Of a stretch of DNA of 64,000 bases, positions 26,833 through 38,559 are shown one piece after another. The notes below the pieces were generated by a model that was given only the letters and a program-made list of their open reading frames with translations, did no database searches and had not been told where the DNA came from. How positions within the stretch are numbered: the first letter of the stretch is position 1; each line of letters starts with the position of its first letter. Source of the stretch: Marsupella aquatica (Eukaryota; Plantae; Marchantiophyta); assembly GCA_973895155.1 (NCBI GenBank), contig OZ316897.1, forward strand, positions 8,050,470 to 8,114,469, written 5' to 3'. The position numbers were made by a program, and so were the translations under genes.

Positions 26833-28562
26833 ATGACGTCATCCAAAGTCTGGCTCATCACTGAATGCTCCTCCAGTTTCAGCAGTGAACTAGTGAGAGT
26901 TGCTCTTGGAGCTGCTCTTGCTCATGGTGACAAGGTCGTGGCAACGGGTCGGAACATAACGAGACTCGAGGGTTTAAATGCTGCGGATATCAACACAGGT
27001 GATGCAAAGGTGCAGACAGTCATGATGAGGTGCTGAAAATCTACGGCAGGATTGACATCTTGGTCAACAATGCTGCTTTTAGTCTTACAGGAGCAATTGA
27101 GGGGTTCAGGTGAGACCTTCTTTCCATGCTTTTCATGGGGCCCTTCCCCTCTTTTCCTTCCCTTCATTGGGTTGTTTTGCCTTTGGGATCATGTCTCCCG
27201 GTTTGGCGTTGTCTGCCTTTGTGCAGTGTGATATATACCCGAACCGTGACCAAACTCGTGGTCACATTATGCTGAACTTAAGAGAACAAGTATTAAATAT
27301 ACTTAGCTTAAGACAAACAAAGTGAATAAGAACAAAAGAGTGAAGTGAACCAAAAAGACAAATCATTAAATGTTCCCCTCATCTGTTTCCTCTCCCATCA
27401 TGATCTGGCCTGAATACAAATACTGTATAATACATTGGATTTTGTTTTGGTCTCTTTAGAACAAGGGAAATTGTCTAGAAGTCCACTATTGCAGTCCATG
27501 TACTGCAGTCCATTGTATTGCAGTCTATATGTATTGCAAACAAAAGTATCTTGGGGGACTTTTTTGGTCCCCCGTCACATAGCTGAACATAGTTCAACCA
27601 ATAATGCAGTCTGCAACTCCTGCGATTGTTTCGACAGTTTCCTATATCTCTATACAATGCACATCGAACCTTTAAGGGAGAGATCAACATTTTGAATTGA
27701 CAAAACATATGCCACAGTACAGCATACTTGAAGGCATGTGAATTGTTAAACAAAATTGTTTCGACAGTTTCATATCTCTGTTATCAATTTCTGCACAATT
27801 CCCTACGCAATGCACATTGAATCTTAAAAGGAGAGTTCAGCATTTTGAATTGGCAAAATATATATGCCACAGTACATGATACTGGAAGGCATGTGAATTG
27901 TGAAACAAAAGGAACTCGATCAAACCTTACCAGTACATTCATTTAGGAACTAGATCGTGTTTCTCCCCCCTAATCAAGAACAGACGTTTGATCTTCACCC
28001 CCTAATCTTTCAATTCTGCATGGTTCTCTGACGCTTAAATTCTCAGGTCCAAGTCACGGGGAATCGAATTGGATGCTTCTATACTAGAATTTCTTTGCTG
28101 ACTTGCATTAGACTCTGGCACCGAGGGCGATGTGAATCCGATGCCCCATTTCCAATATCTGTTGGCTCACTTCATTCACTCTGAAGATGTTTGAGAGGAG
28201 AATGGATGCTAATTATTCCCTAATGTGTCGAATTCACCGTTTGGTATTTCTTTCACAGCTATAAAGACGACAGTGAATTGGATGCTATTTTTCTGATACT
28301 GATATTGCCATTACGTCTCTGACAGCGACGAAGAAGTGAAGGCCCAGTTTGAAGCCTACGATTTCGGACAGCTGAGAGTCATTCGTGCCGTCTTACCTCA
28401 CATGCGTTCTCGCAAGTCCGGAGTCATTGCTAACTTCGGCTCTCTGAGCTGCTGGGAGGTATGGCCGGAAGTGGAGTGTACTGCTCCACCAAATTCGCGC
28501 TGGTGGGAGCCATGGAGGCACTCCGGCTGGAGGTGGAGGAACTGGGCATTGAAGTGACCGTC
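26833..28562 (+). pseudogene. Classical short-chain dehydrogenase/reductase (SDR) pseudogene, two exons (26833-27109, 28326-about 28562)
   Basis: KVWLITECSSSFS (degenerate TGxxxGxG), GDKVVATGRN, frameshift near 27028, YGRIDILVNNAA, GT-AG intron 27110-28325, SDEEVKAQF..VLPHMRSRKSGVIANFGS, second frameshift near 28460, catalytic YCSTK (YxxxK), EALRLEVEELGIEVTV, then similarity is lost. Confidence 0.88.
27625..27910. repeat. Diverged tandem duplication, about 135-150 bp, inside the SDR intron
   Basis: attgtttcgacagtttc...caatgcacat.gaa..ttaa..gaga...cattttgaattg.caaaa...atatgccacagtaca...gaaggcatgtgaattgt occurs twice. Confidence 0.85.
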
Positions 28563-29503
28563 GATACCCTACACTTCTCTGATAGACATAGAGACCTCCT
28601 GTCGTTTCTCATACTTGGAATCTTAAATCAGACATCGATGGGTCAGTTCGCTAGACTCCACTGTGGCTAAGGATGTGAAAGGTCAATTGCTTCTCACTAG
28701 TCATTATTGTGAACAGTTTTGGTCCTCACGACCTTTTTCTTGTTGTACTTAGCTGGCACTCTGGCGCTTTTTCAATATGTTCTTTCTCTTTTCTTGGTGG
28801 AGAAACCGTAGCAGCCAAGCTGGTAGGATGCAGCAGGTTTTACAGTGGGACTACCAGATTTTGTACAGAAAATAGATTAACTTCCCGTGGGACTACATTA
28901 GTTTCTACAGAAAACACACGTTGCCCTTGGTCGTGCCAGGCACAAGCTCTTGAATTCTAGAGCTCACTTCGGGTTTCGTGGAACGTTGTAATTTGACCCA
29001 TTGAAAGTCACTCGTATATTCCATGATGTGAACTGTCAAGCTTAATGCCATGACACGGTATAATAAAAAGAGTCTCTTCGTTCTTTGTGGAAACCAAAAA
29101 TATTGACAAATGTTTGGCCCTTGCAGATTGCAAATTAGGCTTACCAGCATTTCATGAAGAGCTGTCCAAACGAGGTAAAACAAGTGATGTCAAAGCCCTC
29201 CAAACACAGTATTCTCAGCTGCCGAATAAGTGTGGCTCCTCGAGGAAGTGTGGAGACCCAATCTCATATGTATTTTGAGCCCCTAGGGCTTTGACACCCT
29301 GCATGGCTCACTTAACACTAAACCCAAAGTTTTGGGATAGCATAGGAAAATGGAAATAAAAGCGGCATCGCGGCAAAAAGGGGGGGGAACTGAAATTCTC
29401 TTCTCTTTTGCTGACAGCATTGTGCTACTCCCCGTGTATTTCTTTAAACTCTCCAAAATGGGGGAAACAGAAAAATATGCCGATAGGAAGTCCAAATTGA
29501 TGA

Positions 29504-31848
29504 TCAGACAACGCCCTCTGTCAAATTCAATTCGTTAGTGTTGATGCGTGCCACTGCCCTCCATCCAATGTCATGCCTATAAAACCCTTCAGGCCAGTTG
29601 ATGCATTCAGCAACTTGGTAAGCTTTCCTCTGAGCATCTGCTATGTCTTTCCCCATGGCTGTCACTCCAAGTACTCTACCACCCACTGCTACCATGTTCT
29701 GTTGCGCGTCTAGTGCTGTGCCTGCATGGAATACCTGCACCTGTGGGCCAAAGCCTTCCGCCTCAACTAAGTTTTTGATGATGCTGCCTTTTTGGTAGTT
29801 TCCTGGATAACCTTTTGATGCCATGACTACCACCAAAGCAGGCTCATCTGCCCATTTCAGCTCAACGCCCTTGAGCTGCCCTTGACAAGCGGCCAGCAGC
29901 ACTTGGACCAGATCAGATCGAAATCTCAACATTAGAACCTGCAAGCCAACCTTTGGGTTACTATCAAATAATGGGAAAGACTTTCGAGGATATAGAGACA
30001 GCTAGCACCATTCTTACTTCTTAACGCTGGACTGTTGAATATAGGCACAAAGTAAACGTGGATTTCCGCCAATTTCTGCTTGAGTTGGTGATCATCCCAT
30101 CCCCTGTTATCTTCTATGTGGTTAGTCAACCACAATGATTAAATCCCACCAAAACCTTCGCTTGCTGTTTACGTTACGAAAAAGGATGGTTACTACTGCA
30201 TGTTTTAAAAAAATTATACGCAGTTTGGACAAACCGCAGAATACTTGATATAAAAAAGTTTGCAGCACAGTATTTGATATTCATTCTAATAATCAGGAAC
30301 AAATTATCAATGGACTGGTCCTTGTGAATCGACACATACCTGACACTCAGGATCACCAAACCGCACATTATACTCCAGAAGCTTTGGCAAACCATTCTTG
30401 TTTTCTACAATGACTCCCGCATAGAGGACACCAACAAATCTGCGCCCTTCGGCGGCCATTCCATTCACTGTGGGTAGAATGATCGAGTCCATGACAAGGG
30501 TTTGAAGCTCGGGTGTCAACACTGGTGCAGGGGAGTAAGCACCCATGCCTCCCGTATTGGGTCCTGTATCCCCATCGCCAACTCTCTTGTGATCTTGAGC
30601 TGAGGCCATAGGAACTGCAGTTTCGCCATCAACAATCGCAAAGAACGAGACTTCCTCTCCATCAAGAAATTCTTCCACAACCACCAGCCCTCCAGCAGAG
30701 CCGAATGTTCCTTCCACCAGCATGGAATCCACTGCTTCAAAGGCTTCTTCCAAAGTGTTGGCAATAATGACCCCTTTACCCGCTGCTAGACCATCAGCCT
30801 TCACCACGATGGGAAGCTCTTGCTCCTTGATGTACTTCTTGGCCTCCTCGGCATTGGTGAAAGATCCATACTGCAAAGCAGAGCATTAACAGAAGAAAAA
30901 ATGTTTTCAATACTTCGGTTTCTTGGTGCAACTAGACTATGACCTCAAAACTAGAACAGAAATTGGTACATATGATTCTTAGAACCGAGCTATCAGCCAC
31001 ATTTTTGCATTATTGTCGGGCTGACTGGTCACATCAGCTATTGACTTGCAAGGTTGCACTCCAGATGTCAAAAACACGCATGAGAGAGCCCCAGAGGAAG
31101 TTCACGAGTAGACCACAAGTGCAGAAAGATGTGTTCAAATAGGGTTTTCATTGTTTAGGAGTCAGTCTCTCCCTACCTGGGCGGTGGGGATGTGATACTT
31201 ATCACAGAGTCGCTTCATAAAGGTCTTGGAGCCTTCCAAGGCTGCTGCAGCAGCAGAGGGACCAAAAGTGGGGATTCCACATTCAATGAGGTCGTCAACA
31301 AGACCAGAAACAAGAGGCCCCTCAGGTCCCACGACGACCAAGCCCACCCCCCATTCCTTGCAGAAGGAAGCAACCGCGGAGCTGTCAGTAATATTGAGGT
31401 TTGAGACACAAGTGGCAGTACCAGAGCTCGATATTCCTGCATTACCCGGTGCACAGAAAACTCCGGCACATGAAACGGACCGTCTCAATCCATAGCACAA
31501 AGAGTGCTCCCTTCCTCCACCTCCTAAAACTAAGCAAACCACCCCTTCCTCTGCTGCCTTCTTGTCACTCAAATGGTCAGCAACTTCCGCACTGCTGAGA
31601 CCTTCACTCTTGCTCCGGGTGGACAAGCTCCGATCCCTGCGTGTGCCTTGCCTGGTATTAAGACTCATGGGAGCCAAGGGCATCGAAGATTTACGCAAAG
31701 CTGCGCCACCCCACCACCTCTCCCGGGAGCAGCGGACACCAGAGGCATCACCTAACCTCAATTGGTTTCCGAATACCGTTCGGTTCACAATTACCCATGA
31801 TCCAAAATTCTCCAAGGCAGCAAAAGCTGTAACAGGCAATGTCATCAT
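29504..31848 (-). CDS. PUR2: Phosphoribosylamine-glycine ligase (GAR synthetase) with organellar transit peptide; exons 31848-31177, 30870-30340, 29938-29504
   Basis: Motifs [107 protein letters not shown]. Two phase-0 GT-AG introns. The ORF-track start at 31908 is GTG; the first in-frame ATG is at 31848. Confidence 0.96.
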
Positions 31849-31974
31849 TGGAGCACCTGGGTCGTGAACCGAGAGAGTAATTCCACCAAAACCCGAGCAC
31901 CCATTCACTACTACAACTCAAAATCCTCTCCCTAACCAAATTCTTCTCCGTCCGTCCGTCCTTATGGCCTTTGT

Positions 31975-32268
31975 CTGCAGGAAGAAAGAAATCAGCGAAG
32001 GTTCTCAATTTTTTCCAGTAAGTTGGCGAACAAGAGCTGCGAGAGCAGTTCGTCTCAAGCCCAGGAGTTGTTGCGAACTGCCACTTGGGAGTCTAAGCTA
32101 CTAAGAAATGGTGGACAGGAAATTACACTGTTTTGGTGAGTCACCTCTACAGGCACTGGGTTACATGTCACGAGGGAGCTACTATTGAAGGGTGGGTCGG
32201 AGTCTCGAAGTTAGAATGCATCCTCAGCTCAAAGAGCGGAAATCACGGAGCTACCCTACGTCCCCTAC
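31975..32268 (-). other. Putative 5' UTR intron of the GARS gene
   Basis: On the minus strand: TG|GTAGGG donor at 32268, and gctgat branch plus ttctttcttcctgcag acceptor ending at 31975. Confidence 0.5.
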
Positions 32269-32409
32269 CACTCCGACTTTGGGGCAGCCATAGATGAGCG
32301 ATGTGAGGTGGCACGGGCTTGTCTCGTCAAGCACGAAATAGCTCGGACATGAAAACTTCTTAGGAAGCCATTCTTCGGTCTGGATTGAATTCTATTGAGA
32401 GGAAAACAA

Positions 32410-32421
32410 GGCCCAAACCCT
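32410..32421. promoter_or_regulatory. Overlapping site II (GGCCCA) and telo-box-like (AAACCCT) motifs upstream of GARS
   Basis: ggcccaaaccct is present. This motif pair is known from plant housekeeping and growth gene promoters, but the motifs are short and could occur by chance. Confidence 0.3.
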
Positions 32422-32742
32422 GTTCTGCTTGGCCAGTCACTGCCAATCCTTACGATGGACGTGATGTCGATCTTCTTTGCCCCGTTTGCCTGCCATAGCT
32501 TCGTGCAGTGGAGTGACAGAGGACTCGTGAGCGAGCTCATGATACTTCCCGTCTCCTCCTCCTTTTTCTTCTCGTCAGTCTACTCATTTTCAATTTCGAG
32601 GAGGACGAGCTCATGGAGTTTTCTTCCCGAGAAGAATGGGCTGCTGCTTCAATTACATGCCCACGCACAACCTTCTCCTGTTTCACCCATCGTCAGTGAT
32701 TCCCAAGCTCAGAACCCAAGTCAGAAGTCTTGGTTATGCCAA

Positions 32743-33030
32743 GAAGAAGGCCGAATATATGTAACACTGCCAAAAGGAAGAAACTGAAGTGAGGATGTGA
32801 AGAAGGCCCAATATATATATAACACTCCCAAACGAAAGAAACTAAAGTGAGGATGTGGGATGGACCTCCACTTTGCCTATGATGCCCAGATGGACTGGCA
32901 AAGCTTGGATGGACTTGCTCAGAACATCTCCACTTTGTCTATGACATGGGTTGGGCAAAGCTTGGATGGAATTGCTCATAACATCTCCACTTTGTCTATC
33001 AAGCCCAGATGGACTGGCAAAGCTTGCTCA
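32743..33030. repeat. Two adjacent short tandem arrays (about 58-bp units)
   Basis: gaagaaggcc.aatatat..aacact.ccaaa.gaa.gaaact.aagtgaggatgt occurs twice, then ctccactttg.ctat...gatggactggcaaagcttg occurs about three times. Confidence 0.82.
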
Positions 33031-33262
33031 TAATATTTAAATTGACTGAGGTAACATTGTTTACACTTTTGAGTGAAATATGACCTGTAATGGTCTCCTT
33101 ACTGTTTGCAGCCGATTTCAATAACATTATCGAACCTATTTCTTGGTAACTTGACAACTTGACTACCTTGAACCTGAAAGACATCAAGATGCCATGCCAT
33201 AACTCAAAATCACCATGACAGCTTGACTACTTTCTCCCCAATGTAGTCAAAGTTGTCAACTG
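32985..33262 (-). repeat. Dispersed repeat, copy 1 (inverted homologue of 53526-53795)
   Basis: The reverse complement aligns by eye with 53526-53795. Shared blocks: aaagtagtcaag..gtcatggtgat, gtctttcaggttcaaggt, gagaccatt, tcaaaagt.taaaca.tgtta, agtcaatttaaat, gtccatctgggctt..tagacaaagtg. Confidence 0.85.
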
Positions 33263-33339
33263 TGATCCACGACGGGTTCCTTTTTCTTTTTGGTGTAAAA
33301 ACAATGATTGCTTTTATGCACTCCATGGGGATGGACAGG

Positions 33340-34095
33340 AACTGTCTAAATCCATGCTGGCTTTTGTTTCCCAAAAGGACAGGAACGCCCAAAGGCAAAC
33401 AGACCCAATAAGAGGGGAAAAGGGAAAAAAAGCATAACACTGCCAAAAGGTATATATATATAACAGCATGCCATAAGGATGGGAACCTCAAACCAGGACA
33501 CATGGCCCCAAAGCCAAAAAGACCCAATAAGGGGGGGGGGGGGGGGGGAGGGAAAGACCCAAAAGGATGGAAACGTCAAACCCGGACACATGGCCCCAAA
33601 GCCAAAAAGACCCAATAAAGGGGGGGGGGAGGGAAGACCTCAGGAGGACCCAAAGAGGCCCAACAAAATAGTGAGTCCCCCCTCAACAACAAAGATCCCT
33701 CTACAAAGCAAACAAAGATCAAAACCCCTACTGGGCAGAAAACTGAAAAGCCTAGTAGACCTCCGAAGTAAGCCGCATAGGAGGGTCACAGAGAGGAATA
33801 TGTCTCGAGGCCCTAAAATCAACAGCCTCGGCTCGACAAAGAATAGTGAAAGTTTGAGCCCTCTCAAGTGCCACCGACGCCCTCAGCCAAAGGAAGGTCG
33901 TGAGAACAGAAATATGGGGAAAAGACCTCCACTTGATACCAAAACTGCACAAACCCAAAGAAACTGGTCAATGCAATGGTGGAGAGCACTAAAGACCTCA
34001 AGAGCAAAAGGATAGAAGAGATCTCCCCAGTAACAAATTGAATAAGCCTCCGACCTACTTGAGCCAGGCAACCTTGGCTACAGCACTTCCAAACA
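33340..34095 (-). mobile_element. 5'-truncated non-LTR retrotransposon relic with a restriction-like endonuclease (RLE, CRE-type) C-terminus and 3' tail
   Basis: Frameshifted minus-strand peptides GSAVAKVAWLK / SEAYS..GDLFYPFALEVFSALH..IDQFL / LRASVALERAQTFTI match the K..Y...F.PFA.E.FG.L...FL...SVALQR..A..I pattern of CRE-clade RLE domains. Followed by a repetitive C-rich and TA-rich tail. Confidence 0.68.
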
Positions 34096-34119
34096 CATGG
34101 GTCCAGAATGTATAGGTTT

Positions 34120-34524
34120 GCCGTCTTCCCCCAATGAAACACAATGCCATGGCCTTGTATTCAAAGAGTGGGCCATAGGACGCTCTATTTGAATAGTGCA
34201 CCAAGGGCATTTGAGTTTTGACTATGTATTTCATTTTTTGTACTTGGATGGTCTTATGTTTGAAAATGGGCATTGTGTTTGAATATTGGCATTGTCATAA
34301 TTATGATTCATGAATTTTTATTGTTTGTGTTCAATGTAGAACTGTTTAGTGTCAAAACTCAAATAGAGCGTCCAACTCAAACACAAAGCCAAAACTTGAA
34401 CACAAAGCTCGGGCGTTGTGTTAAAACGACATCGCATTCAAGTTCAAATATGTTTTTTTCATGGGACCCAAAATTTCTCAATTTCAAACACAATACTATG
34501 GTGCTATCTTTGGGGGAAGACGGC
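34120..34524. mobile_element. MITE-like element, 405 bp, with 15-bp perfect terminal inverted repeats
   Basis: gccgtcttcccccaa (34120-34134) and ttgggggaagacggc (34510-34524). Internal inverted blocks ggacgctctatttga/tcaaatagagcgtcc and atttgagttttgac/gtcaaaactcaaat. No clean target-site duplication. Confidence 0.65.
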
Positions 34525-36974
34525 TGTCTGATTGGACTAGCCTGAGTCGGGGCCTGAGTATTGTTTCCTTGAACATGCTGAAGACCCGGCTGAAGACAAT
34601 CAAAATTCCCAACAAAAAGAAATTAATATATACTATTCATCTTTGCCCCATTGGTGTTTCCTTGACAGTAAGTAGAGACAAGGACAAAAAAATACTGGCC
34701 AAGAAACATGTATATATTATTCATGCCCCATCCCTGTTTTTAGTCCACCCTCCTTTTTTTGTTTTGTCCTTAGTGAGAGTTAATCTACACTGTTGTGCAC
34801 AATTAGTCTTGGTAATACTATTTGTGTAGCCTAAATTTTTTGGGGGCTTATGTACTCTTCAATGAATGTTACTAATTGTAATTAGGGACTACACTAATCA
34901 TGTACACATTAAATAACATTAGTGTAAGACTTATTCTGGTTTTTGGATAACACTATTTGGAGAGTAAAGGTAGTACTAATTGGAGAGTAAAGATAAAAAA
35001 TGACATTGCTCTCTCACCTTAAAGAGTTAGGGAAAAGAGTGTGTCTCATGCACCCAAGATCACTACAAAAAGAAAAGTTACAATTAGGGTGCACAGTCTC
35101 AACGGAGCCACACTACTTGCCAAACAAGGTCAACACAAGCAGGAGTAGGTCTAGACAAGCTTGAATTCCAACTTTAAATAGTCTTGGCCCAAAGACCCAC
35201 CACATTTAGTGATATTTTCTATTCAAACCTGCCCCACGCTAAACTTAGAATTACCAACATTAATTATGGAGTAACACTGATTTTGAGATAAGACCAAATA
35301 TGGTGAAGAATGTAGAGGCTTCGCTCTAGACCATAGCCCTGGAAAATGGCTTTGCATCTCATTTTATTGATAAAATAGTGGGGTCTGGTCTGGGGTTACT
35401 AGGGAGTAACCCTCTGACCAGAAAGTGAGGAAAGCTTTTCTAAGCTTTCTTGGAGCAAGGTTGAGGCTCAAACCCCTGAGGATTTAGGCTAGAACCCGGC
35501 CCTGCCCAGATTTCCATTAGGGTGGCTCAAAAATTTAGAAGACACATGCTTTTAGCCAAGCCAAGAGTTCACAGTGTGGGCCGTGGACCCAAAATGTATA
35601 GTACACCAATTTGGTGACCGCACTTTTTTGCTAGGGCACTTTCGCTAACAGCAGAACTTGGACCTTGTGTTACTTCTACAGCTTTTATGACACCCCTCAA
35701 AGTTATCTCTCCCCCCTTCCCAACCCCCGTGCTTCCTCAAGCCCAAAACGCAGGACCCGGCCCTAGTTTTGGCCTTGTTTTCTAGAGGTCAGCAGCCCGG
35801 ACGCGGCTCTTGAGAGCAGCAAACTTTGAGACGTCCTATTATAGTATGTAACCAGTGTCCGCAAAAGGTTATATACTTCCGAGCAAGAGATTATGGGAAT
35901 ATATACTAGGTACCTCAAAAAATGGTTACACAAAGGTATCCTGCATTCCATACAAAAATTACATGCCATGCAGTGCATTGGGTCGGTTTGTTTGTCAGTT
36001 CTCATCTGTCCGTGTAGTTGTCCATGTAATTGTTGATTTATTTTGTCCAGCAGTATTTTTTTAATATAATTAAAAAAAGGATATCCGTGAAACCCCACAG
36101 AAAGGGAGGCAAAAGAAACCAATTACAACAATTGAACCCAAGATCTATGAGTCCTTACATACCACACATCCATGCCTGCTTTTGCTTTCTCAATCAGCAA
36201 TTAATTTAGAGTGCTGGAGTCTTGTGTTGTTACTCCAAAATTGAGTAATTGGCATTTGTTTCCTTAGTTAGACCTTCCATGTTCCAAAATGCATTTGAAC
36301 TTGCAATATGCAATTTCATGTGTTTGTCTTGTTGTGGTTTATATGAATGCGAAGATTGAGCAAAATTAGTTTTGGCACATTTCATAAATTTGCCAAAATT
36401 TGTGGGGTGAGTTTGTGTTAGGGTGTGAACTTTAAATTATCCACAGCTAGTATATGTAGATGATTTCTCTGAGTGCAGTGTGAATTGGGTATTAAATGGG
36501 AGGTATACATTTGGAGCTGTTACTTAACCAAAAGCAAGGTTAAGCAGCATGGTAAGTGTTACATGGGCTTGCAACAATTCAGGAGGGAGAAAGGGTTAAA
36601 CCAGAGACCCAAAGTGGGCCAACCAGGGGCTACGGAAAAACCAATACTTCAATCACTTTTTCTATACTTTATTGATAAGACCTTTTTCTCGGTTGGCAGC
36701 TATTGTGTTGCACAACTCACCTGCCAGTTTTTCCTCATATTTGGGAAAGGAGAGTTTACAGTGCAATACTCTAAACATAATAAGAGCTTAAGCTTCACTA
36801 TTGCCCCTTGTATTGCCCAACTTGTTCAGTAACAAGATATTAATACGCTTAAAGGCCTAGCAATTTTTTACTTTCACTAAATGTAGTAAAAGTAAAGGAG
36901 AATTTTGATAGGGAGCCCATACAATTCTTGACGGACATGTTGCCTTTAACACCCGTCCGTCTTGTGCTCAGGTT

Positions 36975-37222
36975 GGGTTCCATGAAACTCTCTCACCCTC
37001 TCATGTGAGGGCTAGGAAGTTTTTCCTCTGCTGGTGCAACGTCTATCCGTCTCTCCCACTTTCCCATCTGTCTGTTCTCGTCTGGTTCCATGAAACCCTC
37101 ACTCACCCTCTCCTGTGAGGGAAGTGGCTTTCCCCTCTACTGGCGCAATGCCCGACCGTCGCCCCGTCTCCCACCGTCTCTCGCCGTCCATCTGTGCCGT
37201 CTCCCACCGTCTCGCCGTCTCT
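36975..37222. repeat. Diverged duplication of about 108 bp plus ccgtctc microrepeats
   Basis: ggttccatgaaac.ctc..tcaccctctc.tgtgaggg...cctct.ctgg.gcaa at about 36977 and about 37084. Confidence 0.75.
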
Positions 37223-38559
37223 TCCGTTTTTCTCTCGACAGGGCAGAAACTTACTGCAGGTAATTAAAAAGGCCCCCCCATAGAAGACAAGAGAGATGAC
37301 CATTTTTCCCTTTCTTTTCTGAACGGAAAGCTTGTTTACTCACAGAGCAGAGATCTCGAGTTCTCTGCTCTCTCTGTCGATCCCGTTTCTTAATTCATCA
37401 GTGTGCATGGATTCTTCCAGGCTGGGGAGATGAGAGAAAGACACGGAATGGAGTTGTTGCACTGTCCTGTGTCTCGATCCGCGGAATGGAATGGGCGCAG
37501 AGGGAGGAACAATGCGGCAGGCTGGTGATTCACACGCAGAAAGAATGAGTGAGATGATGGAGGTGGGGTCTGCGACTCTGAGTTGATGTGAATGCAGGAG
37601 GGAGGATTAAATGACTTGTGTACCATAATGTCGTCGTCGTCGTGCTTGATATGATTACGGTCGAAGTGATATCTGGTCACTGTGTTGTCGTTAGGATGTT
37701 GTGAGAGGGAACGGGAAAAAACCCTATTGTAAAGTATGGTACAGGAGGAGCAGCAGTCACTTTGTGCCAGACGCAGCAGAGACGCAGCAGAGACGCAGCA
37801 GGGGAGGGGCCTTGTGCCACTGCAGTTGGTGTCATTGTTATTGTTCGTTATGCTTCCTTCCTCCACCTCCGTTTTGTCCGGGTGCTGCTGCTGTTTGTTG
37901 CTGCTCGAGGCTGCTGCAACTGGAAATGCCTTGGGACAGCAGCAGCAGTGTTCTGGTGACGTGAACACGTTTTCGGTATGCGTGCTTGAGTGCATTTGAG
38001 GGCGTAGTAGCGGGTTTTGAGTCTCGTTTGCGTGCCAGAAATGATCAGTCCACTCTATTTGACTGCACCTATCGCCCCCACCACCCCTTCCATTGGGCTC
38101 CATGCCAATACTAAGGCCTTCTTTGTGAACCGACAGGAAGAAACCTTCGGTTTCAGGTTCTCTGTCGGTCGTCCTACTTTCTTCAAATTGCAAATTTCGA
38201 CACTTGTTGAAATTTTCTAGCTGGTTCATGTCAGATTTCCTTCACTGAATAGCGTGAAGGAAACATCCACCCATTAGGTCGTCTGTTCCCCAATGACGAT
38301 CTGTCCTCTTGTTCGTATTTTTCATATTTCGTTTGTGGACTAAATTAAGGCTGGCTGGCACCTGATGGTCACCTCAATTTCGACGTGTTAGTCTCCCCGT
38401 ATGTCCTAGAAAGTCTGTGGAATGCATTGCATTGAGTTCTGCATCCTTTTGTTCTCTACATTCTCCGTGTTTTATTCTTCCTAAGTCAATGGTGGCACTG
38501 GCGGCGCCTTAGAGCTAGGGACTGGAGGGATCTGCGTCTTTTCTTCGTTGGGGGTTGCA

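Noticed and set aside
32265-32540. 91-aa Ser/Arg-rich minus-strand ORF as an alternative transit-peptide exon of GARS
   Set aside because: Splicing its donor to the 31975 acceptor creates TGA at once, an in-frame stop lies just upstream of 31908, and the ORF overlaps promoter-like motifs.
33479-34015. 178-aa Lys/Pro/Gly-rich plus-strand ORF
   Set aside because: It is the antisense reading of the retroelement relic and its poly-G tail.
37390-38229. 279-aa minus-strand ORF and overlapping short plus-strand ORFs
   Set aside because: Low-complexity CAG/CTG-rich sequence with no recognisable domain. Most likely the long leader or promoter of the RRM gene.
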